Shown here in pieces: positions 38,086 through 50,952 of a DNA stretch of 64,000 bases (position 1 is its first letter; each line of letters starts with the position of its first letter). The notes beneath the pieces are model-generated. The model saw nothing but the letters and a program-made list of their open reading frames with translations, was not told the DNA's origin and ran no database searches. The DNA lies in the NCBI GenBank assembly GCA_044892525.1, contig CM097885.1, positions 29,390,001-29,454,000 on the forward strand. Reading direction: 5' to 3'. A program made the position numbers and the translations under genes. This stretch comes from Schmidtea polychroa. Its lineage: Eukaryota.

Positions 38086-39279
38086 ATGGCTTCAATATTA
38101 GATGTTTTAATAACATTTGGAATAAATGCAAAAACAAATTTTGATTTAAAAGATTATGCAGATTATTTAAATTTAAAAATTAAAATATTAATGAATGATG
38201 AATTGTCGAGTCTGAAAGAAGACACTCCAAAGAATATCATTATAAATTATCAAAATTCAAATGAAAAAGGATCTCATTGGGTTTGTATATATAATAAATC
38301 TATCTACTTTGATTCTTTTGGGATTAAACCTACTAAAGAAGTTGAAGACTATCTGTCGAAGGACTATACTTTTAATTCTTTACAAGTTCAACCTAATAAT
38401 ACTAAAATATGTGGTATTATAAGCTTATATGTTTTGTATAGATTGAATAAATCCAAAGGAGAAGGTTTCACTTCCTTAATCCAAGAAATTTATAATGATT
38501 TAAAATCTCTACTAAAAGAAATGGAAGATAATTTTAAAAAAATGGTAAACATAATGTCAGATAAATATTCAGGAACTTTATCTATAAATTCAAAAGAATC
38601 AGACTTTACTATAAACTTTCAAGATTCAATAAAATTAGATCAAAATTTAAATTATGAATTAGGTCTATTATGGTTTTGTGCTTATAATACTATTTTTAAT
38701 ATAACTAAAGATAATAACACATTTAGTTATGTAAGCCCCCCAAAATTCGAGGATAACATTATAATAATAATAGAACCCGGGGCTTATGAGATAAAAGATT
38801 TAAATAATATACTTTCTAAAAAAACAAATGGAGCTATTGAAATTAAAATAGATTTACCAACTTCAAAATGTATAATGACTTTAAAGAATATAGGAATTAG
38901 GTTTCAAAATAATAGTTTCTTTAGAACAATTTTAGGATTTACACAGAGTCATTATAACATACCTAAAGTTGAGAAAGAATCTATTATAACATCAGAACAT
39001 ATTATAAAAATAATAAATACAAACACAATAAATATTCATTGCGATTGTATAACAGGTTCTTATAATAATGGTAAACAAACAAATGTTTTATATTCCTTTC
39101 CCTCAAACACAGTTCCTATGGGATATAAAATAGTTGAAAGAATGAATCCTCCAAATTATTTGCCTTTATGTAGAAAATATATAATGGATATTAATTTTAA
39201 AATTCTTAATCAAGAAGGAGAATTGATTGATTTTAATGGAGAAGAGATTTCAATGTATTTACATTTGAAACAGGTTTGA
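38086..39279 (+). CDS. Adenain-like cysteine protease fused in frame to the minor capsid protein (penton)
   Basis: GSHWV, YFDSFG and Q..ICG catalytic motifs; the C-terminal part has INIHCDCITGSYNNG..LYSF..GYKIVE and LIDFNGEEIS; the two are separate ORFs in copy 2. Confidence 0.88.
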   Translation: MASILDVLITFGINAKTNFDLKDYADYLNLKIKILMNDELSSLKEDTPKNIIINYQNSNEKGSHWVCIYNKSIYFDSFGIKPTKEVEDYLSKDYTFNSLQVQPNNTKICGIISLYVLYRLNKSKGEGFTSLIQEIYNDLKSLLKEMEDNFKKMVNIMSDKYSGTLSINSKESDFTINFQDSIKLDQNLNYELGLLWFCAYNTIFNITKDNNTFSYVSPPKFEDNIIIIIEPGAYEIKDLNNILSKKTNGAIEIKIDLPTSKCIMTLKNIGIRFQNNSFFRTILGFTQSHYNIPKVEKESIITSEHIIKIINTNTINIHCDCITGSYNNGKQTNVLYSFPSNTVPMGYKIVERMNPPNYLPLCRKYIMDINFKILNQEGELIDFNGEEISMYLHLKQV

Positions 39280-39303
39280 AGATTCATTTTAAATTATTAA
39301 TAA

Positions 39304-40314
39304 ATGAGTTCTTATATTCCATGTAATAGAGGTGGTGGAACAATAAAAACAGGGTTTAATACAGAAGAAATATTAACTTTAACAGAAAATAAATATATTA
39401 ATGAAAGAGGTGATTCAATGAAGGGTGATTTAATTTTAAATGGACACAAGATAAAAGAATTATCTTTTCCAACTGATGAAGCTGATGCAGTTAATAAGAA
39501 ATATGTAGATGGTGTTAAAAAATTTACTGATTTAACAACAACAAGAATTGAAAGTTCATTAACAACAAAAATTGATTCAATGGAATCAAAGCTTAATAAT
39601 ATCGAACAACGATTCAATGATAAATTTGACAAGTTACAAAGTCTGTTAACTGAGCAAGTTGTAAGGTTAAATACTAGCATATTAAATTCTAAAGATAAAC
39701 AAATTATGAATACTAAATTTAATACAATATATAATATAATAAATGAGATGATTACATCATTTAATAAAAGAATTTCAAATTTAGAGTCTCATGGAACACA
39801 CATTAACACCACACATAGTATTAGAAAAAGAGCTGCTGAATTAGAACAGAATAAAACATTATTACCCCATACATATAAACATTTTAAAGAACCAAGTTTA
39901 ATAACAACAAACAGTAAAGAATGGAGTGTTTTTATGGTTGTAAAGATTATTGATCCTTATTTCTTTTTGTTTGATGATGATAATGAAAGAATGAAATGGT
40001 TTGTGAAATGTGATTATAATAGTAAGCTTAAAAAGGGTGATGTTATAATGACTAGTTATGATTTACCACACGGAGATTGGTATGTTAATACTCATTCACA
40101 TGGACTACATAAAGTTAAAAGTAAGAATATTATTTTTAAAAGCACACTTGTACAATATATAGATTTAATATTTTATGAAAAAAAGGTTGATGTTGATGAA
40201 GTTCGTAAAGCATTGAGAGAATTGTATAAAGATATCCTCTCAACAAGAGTTTCTTTTGATATCCGAGTATTGGTACCAGATGGTGCTCAGAAGAATAAAG
40301 TCTTATTTTTTTAA
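39304..40314 (+). CDS. Fibre-like protein with coiled coil
   Basis: MKGDLILNGHKIKEL..PT...DAVNKKYVD neck/fibre motif, heptad region and globular C-terminus. Confidence 0.55.
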   Translation: MSSYIPCNRGGGTIKTGFNTEEILTLTENKYINERGDSMKGDLILNGHKIKELSFPTDEADAVNKKYVDGVKKFTDLTTTRIESSLTTKIDSMESKLNNIEQRFNDKFDKLQSLLTEQVVRLNTSILNSKDKQIMNTKFNTIYNIINEMITSFNKRISNLESHGTHINTTHSIRKRAAELEQNKTLLPHTYKHFKEPSLITTNSKEWSVFMVVKIIDPYFFLFDDDNERMKWFVKCDYNSKLKKGDVIMTSYDLPHGDWYVNTHSHGLHKVKSKNIIFKSTLVQYIDLIFYEKKVDVDEVRKALRELYKDILSTRVSFDIRVLVPDGAQKNKVLFF

Positions 40315-40322
40315 TTATTAAA

Positions 40323-40898
40323 ATGGAAGAAGTAAGAGAAGAAAAAATTTACCCAGAATTGAGATCATCTGGATATTATTCTTCCAAGGCCTCGGCTCCC
40401 ACAGAACTTGAAATTATGAGAGTAAAAGAATTTAAATCAGAAACCTTACATTTACAAGATTTATTAAAGCATTATAAAAAAATTAAAAATAGATGGAATA
40501 AAGGGAATACAGTTTTAAAAGTTATAGGTTATTCTTTAGGATTTGCATCTGCAATATTAACAGTTATTTTACCTATAACTTTACCAGTTGTTACTCTTGC
40601 ACCTGTAATACTTGGAAGTATTTCAGTAGCTGATGGTTTCCTAACTGAAATAGTTTCACTATCTTATACTTCTAAAAAGAAAAGTTTATATCGTGAAGTT
40701 TGTTTATCAATAGAATTAGGAATCTCTAAATTATTTTTATTTCAATTAAAAGGTTTAGAAGATGGAATCTTAACTGATGATGAAATAATGAAATCAAATC
40801 AAATAATACAAGATATTAAAAATGAGGTTATAAGATTAAAAAGTGCTAATGTTATAAGTAATGAATATTCTAAAAAAATTAAAGAAAAAAATGGTTAA
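40323..40898 (+). CDS. Membrane protein with a hydrophobic hairpin and YPxL/SAP motifs
   Basis: IYPEL..ASAP; VIGYSLGFASAILTVILPITLPVVTLAPVILGSISV. Confidence 0.7.
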   Translation: MEEVREEKIYPELRSSGYYSSKASAPTELEIMRVKEFKSETLHLQDLLKHYKKIKNRWNKGNTVLKVIGYSLGFASAILTVILPITLPVVTLAPVILGSISVADGFLTEIVSLSYTSKKKSLYREVCLSIELGISKLFLFQLKGLEDGILTDDEIMKSNQIIQDIKNEVIRLKSANVISNEYSKKIKEKNG

Positions 40899-41009
40899 AG
40901 AATTCTTACTTATAAAATGGATGAATTTTTAAAAAAGTAGATCAAGTTGCTATAGTTGCTTATATTAATTGTCGAGGTTTTATTATTAAAAAATTAAATA
41001 TCGTTGGTT

Positions 41010-44000
41010 TCAGTTATGGTTGAAAGCCAACCTATGAATCATTAATTTATGATCTTTAAATTCTTTATCACTTAGACCTTTTATATATTCAGGATCAGTA
41101 TTAAAATATTTAAGTTCTAAACATATAGGATTAAAAACTTGAGAATATAAAGGCTTCTCGATTTCTCTCTCGGGATAAATAATTTCAACATTATAAATAT
41201 CAAGATCGGTAATATTTGTATCATATAACTTATTCAACTTTTCTAGATTTTTTATTATAGGGATTAAATTATTTCCAATAGGTAGAGTTGTCTTTAAGTC
41301 ACTTAGGATGAATCTTTTATCATCATAATTTGATAATGATACTTTTTGAGATTCTATCAAGTGAATATCATGGTTTTCACTTTTAAGTTGATGTATTTCA
41401 TCAATTTTATCTTTATGATTTGGATTCAATGTATCTATATAATCTTGATGAGAAAGATTCTTTGCAACTGATTTCTGTATTCCTTTACATCTTTTATCCT
41501 TTACAGGTTTTTCTTCTTGTCCCTCTGGTCCTTTAGGAAATATAGGATATCTATGTGTAATGGTTTCTTCTGTTTCTGGGGTTTTAAATATAAATGATCT
41601 AGTTATAAATTCAGGGTTTCTAAATGTTTCGTATGAATATTGTTTAGCACGAATAAATATTCCATTTTCTATAATAGTAAAAGGTTTTTCATCTTTAAAC
41701 GAAAATAATTCTCCAGATGAATTTATTAAATTTGAAAGTATAGGATTTTCGGCTATATCTCTTTGTAAATCATGAGTTCTTATTGTTAAAAACATTGAAT
41801 CTGTACCCATTGCATGCATTGATATATTAGAACCATATATAGGTTGTAAGATGTTATAATATGTTTCATACATTTGTAATTTTGAAAGTTCTAAAATTGA
41901 AAACCCTATAAATATTGGTTTGTTGTATGTTTTCTCAAAATTCTTTAGTTCTATTGCAGTAAGACTTTCAGAAAATACTTGTGCGTTTTTAAATGTAGGC
42001 TTTCCTAGCATATGATTATAACGCTTAATGTCTTTGGTAGTATTTGTTAGGAGTTCAATATGAGTATATTTATCAACATTCTCCATTGTCTTCCCAAAGA
42101 CTGAATTGTTTAAAAGTTTATAATTATTATCTTTAAAAAGGTTACCTTCTCTTTTTGCAATGTTTCGACATCTAATGTTCTCCTCGATAAAAGCTTTCAT
42201 GAATGGCCTCTGTTTAAATCTTATGACACTATGAACTGTTTTTAATATCATACCTCGTGAAAGATAAAATTGGAGGAGTCTATAGTGACAAAGATAATAA
42301 GTTCGATCTGTTTGATCACAAAGAAGTTTCATTGTTGGAGGTTTATCTTGTGAGATTTGCCATTCAGAAAGTTCGTTGATATCAATCTTTCTTCTTACAG
42401 GAGCTAAAGGAAAATATCTTGTTCCTGATTTTATATCATCTGGATATAATAAGTCACATTCTACAAAGTAACCTATTGGAGAATCTTTAGGTGTTGAAAG
42501 TATTTCTTTTACAAGAGTCTTTAATGATTCTTCATTAGAGGGATATATTTCAATGAAATCACCCATTGGTAAATATTGAGTCATAATTCCTGAATATAAA
42601 GCTGTTGCATCTATATAAAGTATAAATATAGGATTTTTCATTGTTTCTAATAATTCCTTTAATTCCTCATTGTTAATTTTCATATATGGATCAGAAGTCT
42701 TTGAAAGCATTCTGCTAGTAGTTATTGCATTTCTAGCTTTTATTTCTCTATTCCCCATTACTGAAGAGACTCCTTCTCTAATGTTTGTTTTAATTAGATT
42801 AAACATATCGAGGTTAGTTAAAAGATCTATAATTTTATCAGATTCTTCTATATTTGAAGTCCAAATGGTATATAATAAAGTATCCCAAGCTAAAGAGGGT
42901 GCTGTTATGTAATTGTAAGGTTTAAGAACAAAAGACTTTGTAAATTCTTCAAAGCAATCTGCTAGAATATAAACATCCAAGGATAAATACATGTTGGTAT
43001 ATTCTCCTAAAGTTTTACACTTGAATAATTCCCACATTTTATTTGCTCGAGAATATTCTTGATCTGTAATATGATATTTTTGAAGTTGTGAATAGAAATC
43101 TTTTTGGCTAGGAAGAATTGTTTCATTATATCTTTCAAATGAATCAACATAGTCATAAGGATATATTCCTTTTGCTAAGCATGTAGAATATTTTTCTAGA
43201 GGAATATTATTTTTTTCCAAGAATTCTCGAGTGATTTTAAAATTTTCTGGTTTCATTGTTTTTGCTACTGCATCTAGAGACATTTGGAGAAAGTTTAACG
43301 AGTCTATAAATTTTAATTTTCCATATTTAACTGATTTATATTTTTCCTTTGTAAGTCCTATAACTTTGAAAGAGCTTTTAGCATTTTCTGCTAATTGTTT
43401 AATAAATAGATGTATGTCATAACCAAAAAGATTATGAAATATAACAGGTACAAATTTAGGAGTATGACAATTAAGATTGCAATTTTTATGAGCTGCTCCT
43501 CGATAATTATTTTCCTTTTTTAAATGATCATGATCGGGGACTTTTATATTTTTCGAAGATTGTTGTCTTTCATGAAAGATTCTTTGTTCTTCTTCTTCAA
43601 TAGTTTCATTATTTGGAGGTTCCTCAAAGAGTTGATTCTCAAATGGTTGTTTACACATCCAACAATTTGAAGAATTTTCATAGTCTTCCCATTGTTCGGT
43701 TGAAAAATTTATTTCATATTTTGTTTTTAATACTTTAAATATATCGTGTTCTAGATCATTTATACTTTTGGTAAAATGATTTAAAACATCTTCTGAAATT
43801 CCATGAAATGTATATTCTCTAGATTCTATGAGTTCAGGATAATTGCTTTTAAATAATAATTTATAAGCAGATGGTAATTGTTTAGTTTTTTTAACACTAT
43901 TAGGTTTGTTTCTTTTTCTTAGAAAGGCTTTCATCCTCTCTGGTTTCATCTTCTCTCCTGAGGAGTTCCATGAATCCATGAGTTTATTTTTTTCTATTAT

Positions 44001-45410
44001 ATTTAAATATTGATTAACCAAATCTTGTTTACGATTTATAGATTCAAAGTCTCCATAAATCACTCCTACTGTTTGTAGTAAATTTGAAAAGTTTTTAAAA
44101 TGCATCTTGGGATCTTTAGGCATGTTAATTAAAGCTGGTTCATCTTTTTCACAAAATCTTGTATGTTTAATCATAGAGTTTTTAGTTGTTGAATAATGAA
44201 GACATCTTTTACTTGTTCCTCCTCCACTAGTTGGATTCTCTGGTGATGTAAAAGCTTGAAAGTTTTTTATTAAAACATAATGTTGATTATTTTGTTGTTC
44301 CAAGATTAAAAGATATATTTCTCTAGGGTTATCGGTTCCACTATCAGAAATGTAAATTGGAATAATTTCTCTGCTATTAACATGTTTCCCTTTAACACGT
44401 TCATAAATATTAATTTTAAGATTATTTAAACTTTCAAATTCTGGAATGTCTTCTAGTTTCATTGGATGTTTGAATCCTTTGGGAAATATTAATTCATTTT
44501 CATATTGTTTGTATTTTGAAACTCTTTGAGGGTTTGATTCTTGAGGATGTAAATGTGCAAGTATTGACCAGATGAAACATTTGTTATCATTATTCTGTAT
44601 GTTTATAACATTTTTATATGTAAAGGGTGTAGGAATATAAGATTTAGGATTGGGTGGTAATCCTCTCCAATAATCAATCACTAAAGTTTGGAAAGAGTTG
44701 AATACTAAGTTTGAATCTCCTAATTCATTTTCAACCTCTTCTTGTTTTGCTTCTACTGCTTAAATTATTTTTTTGATGGTTTTATCAAATCCTTTAGTTG
44801 AAAATAAATATTTAAAGGGTATTCCAATTTCAACATCTAAAGGTGTTGTCTTTTCTTCTGCTCCTCGCCAGTATTTTGCTTTGATTATAATTTTATATTT
44901 TATAACATTATACCTTGTCGGTTTATAATTTTTTAAAGCTTCAGTGAAAGAATTTTTAATATATTTTTTATTTTTATTTATATATTCTCCAGGAGTTATA
45001 GGTCCATTGATTTCTAATTGAAATTCATCTACATGATTAAAATCATCCCAGTTATATTTTTCTCTTTCAACATGATCAGGTTCTCCTTCTGAATGACATT
45101 CCTCATCGTCAGAATTTTGTTTTTTATTTTTACATTCTTTTATATGTTCTAAATAATAGAAATTTAGTTTTGTTGAAAAGTTACAATGAGGACATGTAAA
45201 TATTTCTCTATTTTTCCCGATACAATTTTCAAAATGTTTATTATATCCAGAATGTAGAAATCTTCCTTTACATTTAGGACAAACTTTTGAATTTGTATCA
45301 TTAAGATTGTTTTCTTTTAATAAATGAGCTTTCGATTTTAAGTGAGAAATCAATCCAGTTTTATTTTTAAAAACTTTATTACAAATATTACAATTCATTT
45401 TTAGAAACAA
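41010..45410 (-). pseudogene. polB: Protein-primed family B DNA polymerase with N-terminal zinc fingers and an endonuclease VII-like insert; one nonsense codon
   Basis: YGDFES, FHNLFGYD, YIDATALY, KLLNNSVFGK; DHDH..YRGAAHKNCN; TAA at 44760-44762 where copy 2 has CAA; motif C reads MGTDS. Confidence 0.95.
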
Positions 45411-45477
45411 ATTTTTTATAGGATACCTTGTTTTGATTTTTTATGATGTTTTTATATTTATTTTCATAATGTGACAG

Positions 45478-46506
45478 TAATAAAAATTTAAAAAATGACA
45501 AAAATCTAAAACCAGATAGCGCAGTGGGCTAGACTGGCACAGTGGTTCAAATGGATAGTGTTTCAAATCCTAACTGTGGTTAGTTTTTTTTCAACATAAA
45601 ATAATATTAAAAATTTGAAAATAATATTGAAAATAGTGTGGGTATCTTATATTTATATTTTATTTTATTTATTTTATTTATTTTATTTATTTTATTAATT
45701 TTATTAATTTTTAAACATAAATATGAAAAAAAAATTATTGAAACGGGTGATGGTGGCGAACCGGTAATTATCGCCACCAGTCTTTCGAACACACCCGGAT
45801 CGATTCTATAATGTGCACATTTATTTCTCAGTTGTTTTCGGACCTCTTTCGGATTCGCTTTCGAATTCATTTGTACTTTCGAGCAGCACACTTAAAACTC
45901 CGATGAAATCGTATTCGAGCGAGAAGCGAATAATAAGGTGTGCTGCTATTATCGGATTGATTCTGATGTATGAGTCTGGCCAGCTTGTATATTGGAAGAG
46001 ATTTGATAAACGAAAGAGGTTGAATAAAAAAATGATCCGGATCAAAAAAACTGTTGAGAGGACAGTGAAAAAAAAAAAAAAAAAAAATACCACTGTCCTC
46101 TCAGAGCAGTTTTACTATTTCATAAAATTTTTTATTCTTTTTCAATTTTTTAAGTTTTATATAATTTAAAATCAATAATCTGATAAAGATCAACTCTAGA
46201 GTTTGATTACGATCAAAACAATGCCTCAAGTAGTGTGTTTATATCCCTAACCAAAATAGCCCTCTAACTTTTTCATTATACCATTTTCTTTTCTATTCTC
46301 TTTATGTTTTTAGTTTGAAGCTTTTGAGTTTGAGGCTTTAAAGATTAAAACAGTTAGGGGTATTAAGGGTAGTTGTTTTCAAAAATATAGGGTTAAAATA
46401 CTATAAAAGTATATGTTTTAGGTTGTTTTTCTAATGGTTTAGGCGTAATGGAGGTATGTTTTGTTGGGAGGGCTGTTTTGGTTAGGGATATAAACACACT
46501 ACTACT
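45478..46506 (-). repeat. Right TIR of Polinton 1
   Basis: Reverse complement of the left TIR. Confidence 0.95.
45511..45591 (+). ncRNA. tRNA-like Pol III unit in the right TIR
   Basis: TAGCGCAGTGG...GGTTCAAATGG..GTTTCAAATCC...T8. Confidence 0.55.
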
Positions 46507-47542
46507 AATAATAATAATAATAATTATAATAATAATTATAATAATAATAATAAAAATATGAAATAAGGATTTCTTGACAATGGTATAAATTAAATGTTTC
46601 ACAAGTAAATAGTAAGATAAGCCTTTATTTATTAAAATTAATAAGATTACTCAGAATTTAGTTGTTTCAATATTGAAGTACTTAATGGCATTCTGCTTTA
46701 TATTCCTTTTCTGCATTTTAATTCATCTAAATTTGACTAAATAAAAAACTTTAAATTACTGAAAATTTTTAAAAATCTTTTAAAAAAATAATAACTCTTT
46801 AAAGATAATTTAAACTTAATTTACGCAACCACAACATTAAATTTTTATTATTATTTTCAACATTTATGTAATTTTAATTTTTATTCCTTATAGCTCTTAA
46901 ACATTTTTATTAACTTAAATTAATTTAATTATAATGTATTATTTAAATTTTAAAAAATATTTTAAAGGATTTTGTAAAGCTCGGAAATTTTACACCAAAA
47001 TTAACAAAAGATCAGACTGTAAATTTCATTAATTTCTTAAGCATTAATTTTTGGATTATTTATTATATAAATTGCCTCTTTAAATAGGAGATTTTATTTT
47101 GTGACGAAAAATTGAAATCAAATGTAAAAAGTAAGAAATTATTTTCATTTGTTATTCTTCAGAAAACCTCTGTTATTTAGGTTTCATTCTTTGTCCTTAA
47201 GTTTGCTTACCGTGTAATATAGAGCCTTTCAATTTTCCTGCTTGATTATGGGCGGTTTGTAGTGTTAGGTTCGTATGGTTAGGATCGACTTACACAATAC
47301 AAATTTGACCTTTATCTAAAACAAATACCTCACTTCAAAATGTGTTTTAAAATAAATGGTATTTAGTGACAGCTAAATAAATAAGGTAATAATATGCTTT
47401 ATAATAATTTCTTATACAGATGATAGTTGCAGAATACGTTATACAAAATTTGTGTTGCTGGCTTCATTATAAAGAAAGAGATTGTTTGTTCAAAGCTTCC
47501 TAAGAAATGAATCTATTATTAACAGTTAACAAAACCTCAGCG

Positions 47543-47778
47543 TTAAGGGTCAAAATATAGATAGGATATATTTCACAATATTTATGCGATCATATTAACC
47601 CAAGAAATATTGTGTTGTAAAATAATCATAATAATACATACCGATTTATTATGATATAATTATATATCATAATAAATCGGTATGTATTATTATGATTATT
47701 TTACAACACAATATTTCTTGGGTTAATATGATCGCATAAATATTGTGAAATATATCCTATCTATATTTTGACCCTTAA
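47543..47778. mobile_element. Perfect fold-back MITE flanked by TTAA (Kolobok-like ends)
   Basis: TTAA-GGGTC...GACCC-TTAA; ~116 bp arms around a 4 nt loop. Confidence 0.7.
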
Positions 47779-49793
47779 TATTGTATATAATATTGTATTT
47801 ATACATAAAATCGTTCACTTTTTTTCTTTTCCCTCTGAAATATAAAATTCCAGTGAGCTATTTATAAGATTTTATTAAATGTTTCTGTGTAGAATTTCGT
47901 CTGAGTTTATCTCTTGAATTACAAAACCGTTATAGTTTTCCGGTCTTATTACTTCCCCCCTGGTCAAGTGTGAACTTATTGATATTAAATTCTGATACAA
48001 ATATATAATTTTTTTTATTTTCAGTAATTATAAATTGCTAAAATTATTATTCGGTTGTCCCAACAAATAATGCGTATTTTGCATATAGTTTTGCATTTAG
48101 CGATCTATTTTAATTAATATAAACCTGACAATTTGTCTGAAAAAGATTTTATAAATTATTTTTCAATATAATTATTACTAATTCTTTATCTTTATTTTAA
48201 ATACTTCTTTTCTAAAAATAAATAATATTTCATTAATGTTTTTAATTTTATTCAAAGATTATCCTAAAAATTAATGTTTAGATATAGACCTGAAAGCCTA
48301 TCTTAGTGATGATATATTATGATTTCATCTGTTCTATAAAATCTGTCATTATGCTATTTTTTATTTCTACAAATTTCCATTTTTCGTAAATTGTTTAATA
48401 GATACATCAATATGTAACATTACATATTCAATATGTGGCTTTCAAGGGTTGTTTATTTATATTTAATTACAAATTAACTCCGATTTCAATAATTAATTAT
48501 AAAAAAACATAATAAACTATTAAGAAGAATTATCTATTCAAGAAGAAAAATAATTTCTGAACTTTTCTTTGTAATTCCTAATCTTCAGAAAATAAACGAA
48601 AATTTTATCGTTGATTAAGCAAATAAATGTTTCCTTGAAAACTTTGCCAGATAATATATAGACTGAAAATTCTTTAAGTACTTTATTAAAATGAATCTGA
48701 TTGGTTGATTTTCATCCAATAATATTATTTCTCCAAAATATCTCCGACCTCATTTTGAATTGTGAATGAAGATTGCAAATCTTGACATATAAATTTGAAT
48801 TTCTAGAAACACTCAATGGTTCTTGATCCGGTAAAATGATCGGCCGGAAATATATTATTGACCCTATAGCTGTAATGTTTTTCCAATTCAGTTCAACAAT
48901 TTTCGTAGGTAGGTGCAATAATCCATTTAAAAACTTTTAAATAATAAAATGATTTTTATATAATACAATTTAAAAAATAAAATAAAATAATATAATAATC
49001 AAAATTTTGTTTTTATTTAAAAATGTGTTTACATAAATATAAAACTTTTAATTTATCATAGTAATTAAATCATAAATTTAAATTAATAATTAAGTTTAAC
49101 AAATAAATATTTCATTTAATGATGATGATAAATACAGCTCCCAATGATTGGAAACTTGAAATGAGATTACAAATAAAAATATCAAATAAACAATATATCA
49201 TAATAAATATTTCATGACTGCAAAATTAAAAAAAAATTTCACATAATATAATTTTTTTTTAAATTCAAATTTAAAATATTGACAAAGAAAATATTCTTAC
49301 AAAAACATTTAATAAAGGTTTTCTAAAGCAAAAATAAATTCACTAAATAAAGTTTTCCTTTAAATTATAGAAACGACAAAGTATTATATTACAAATTATA
49401 ACATGTAGCTATAGTATGATCTAAAACATGATATTCAGTAGCAATATTACTAACTTAAATTTATCAATAGAAAAGATTGTGTAAAATGTAAAATCTTAAA
49501 TTTCATTTTACACCATTAATTGCAAAAAGTTATTTGTGTTATATGAGCATAGATTAGGGTTTCTCAAAGTGTGCTCCGCGGATCCCATAATCAAATTTGA
49601 AATAAATTTATAAATTTAAAATACCTAAAAATTAAATTATAATTAAAAAAAATTAACTTATATATATTATTAATCCATATATGAAATTAATTTGTTGTTT
49701 TGAAATATTCAGATTTACTTAATTATATCTAAAAAAATATGTAACTGTTTGTAAATTTTAATTTCTACTAAAAGTAGTCCATATGCTTTAATT

Positions 49794-50041
49794 CAGCCAT
49801 GGCCAACCGTGGCCCGCGAAGCGTTTTGATGTGGCCCGGACACAATTTTAAACATCAAATCAATAATTGTCCTTTATATAATTCATATTCGAATTAAGCA
49901 TGTTTTTAATTTAAAAAATTGATTCTAAGTTTACTTGAATCGTAAAAACGAGTTATATTTATTTAAATGAACTTATTGTGGCCCGTGATAGTATTTTTCC
50001 GAAAATTTGGCCCTTCGATTGATTTGGATTGGCCACTACTG
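49794..50041. mobile_element. hAT (Charlie-like) MITE
   Basis: CAGCCATGGCCAA..TTGGCCACTACTG; GGCCC subterminal motifs; TSD CTTTAATT/CCTTAATT. Confidence 0.8.
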
Positions 50042-50520
50042 CCTTAATTGAATCTTTTATTTCAAAAAACTAATTATTTAAATCCTATAATAACTTAAAT
50101 TTCCAAATATTATATTTTATTTGTGATTGTTGATTACCACGATAATTATTTATTTCAAACTGAAATTATTTTTTTCTTAACTAAAGTAATCAATATTAAT
50201 ATTAAATAATCAATATTATTAGGAAAATAAACTAACAAAATATTTGTAAAAATAATCAATTTAATATTATAAAAATTATAAAAGTAAAAAGATATTATTA
50301 AGAATTAAGTAAATTTAGTAAATATGAAGATGTATATAATTAAATGAATAAAGAATACAAATTAATTAATATAAATTTTTAAAACGATTTTCAGATTCCA
50401 CAAAACGATCAATTTAGGAAACTAGATATTCAATAATAGATTATAGATGAACTTGATATATTTACAATTTGATGTTTGCCAAATTAATTTAAATAAATTT
50501 AAGAGGTAATTCTTAGTCGT

Positions 50521-50952
<432 letters not shown>

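Larger units (their letters stand above)
31976..46506. mobile_element. Full-length Polinton/Maverick (adintovirus-like endogenous virus), copy 1
   Basis: AGTAGTAGTG...CACTACTACT termini, AATAAT on both sides, long TIRs, and pPolB, integrase, ATPase, protease and two capsid genes. Confidence 0.97.

Noticed and set aside
41560..43422. Antisense ORFs within polB and other Polinton genes
   Set aside because: Shadow frames of real coding sequence with no independent motifs.
45960..46020. CTGATG...CGAAAG in the TIR island as a hammerhead ribozyme
   Set aside because: The core reads CTGATGTA rather than CUGANGA, and there is no stem II/III arrangement.
49556..49590. TAGGGTTTCTCAAAGTGTGCTCCGCGGATCCC, a hAT-like end (another at ~54227)
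   Set aside because: No matching opposite end or TSD could be located, so no element boundaries can be supported.
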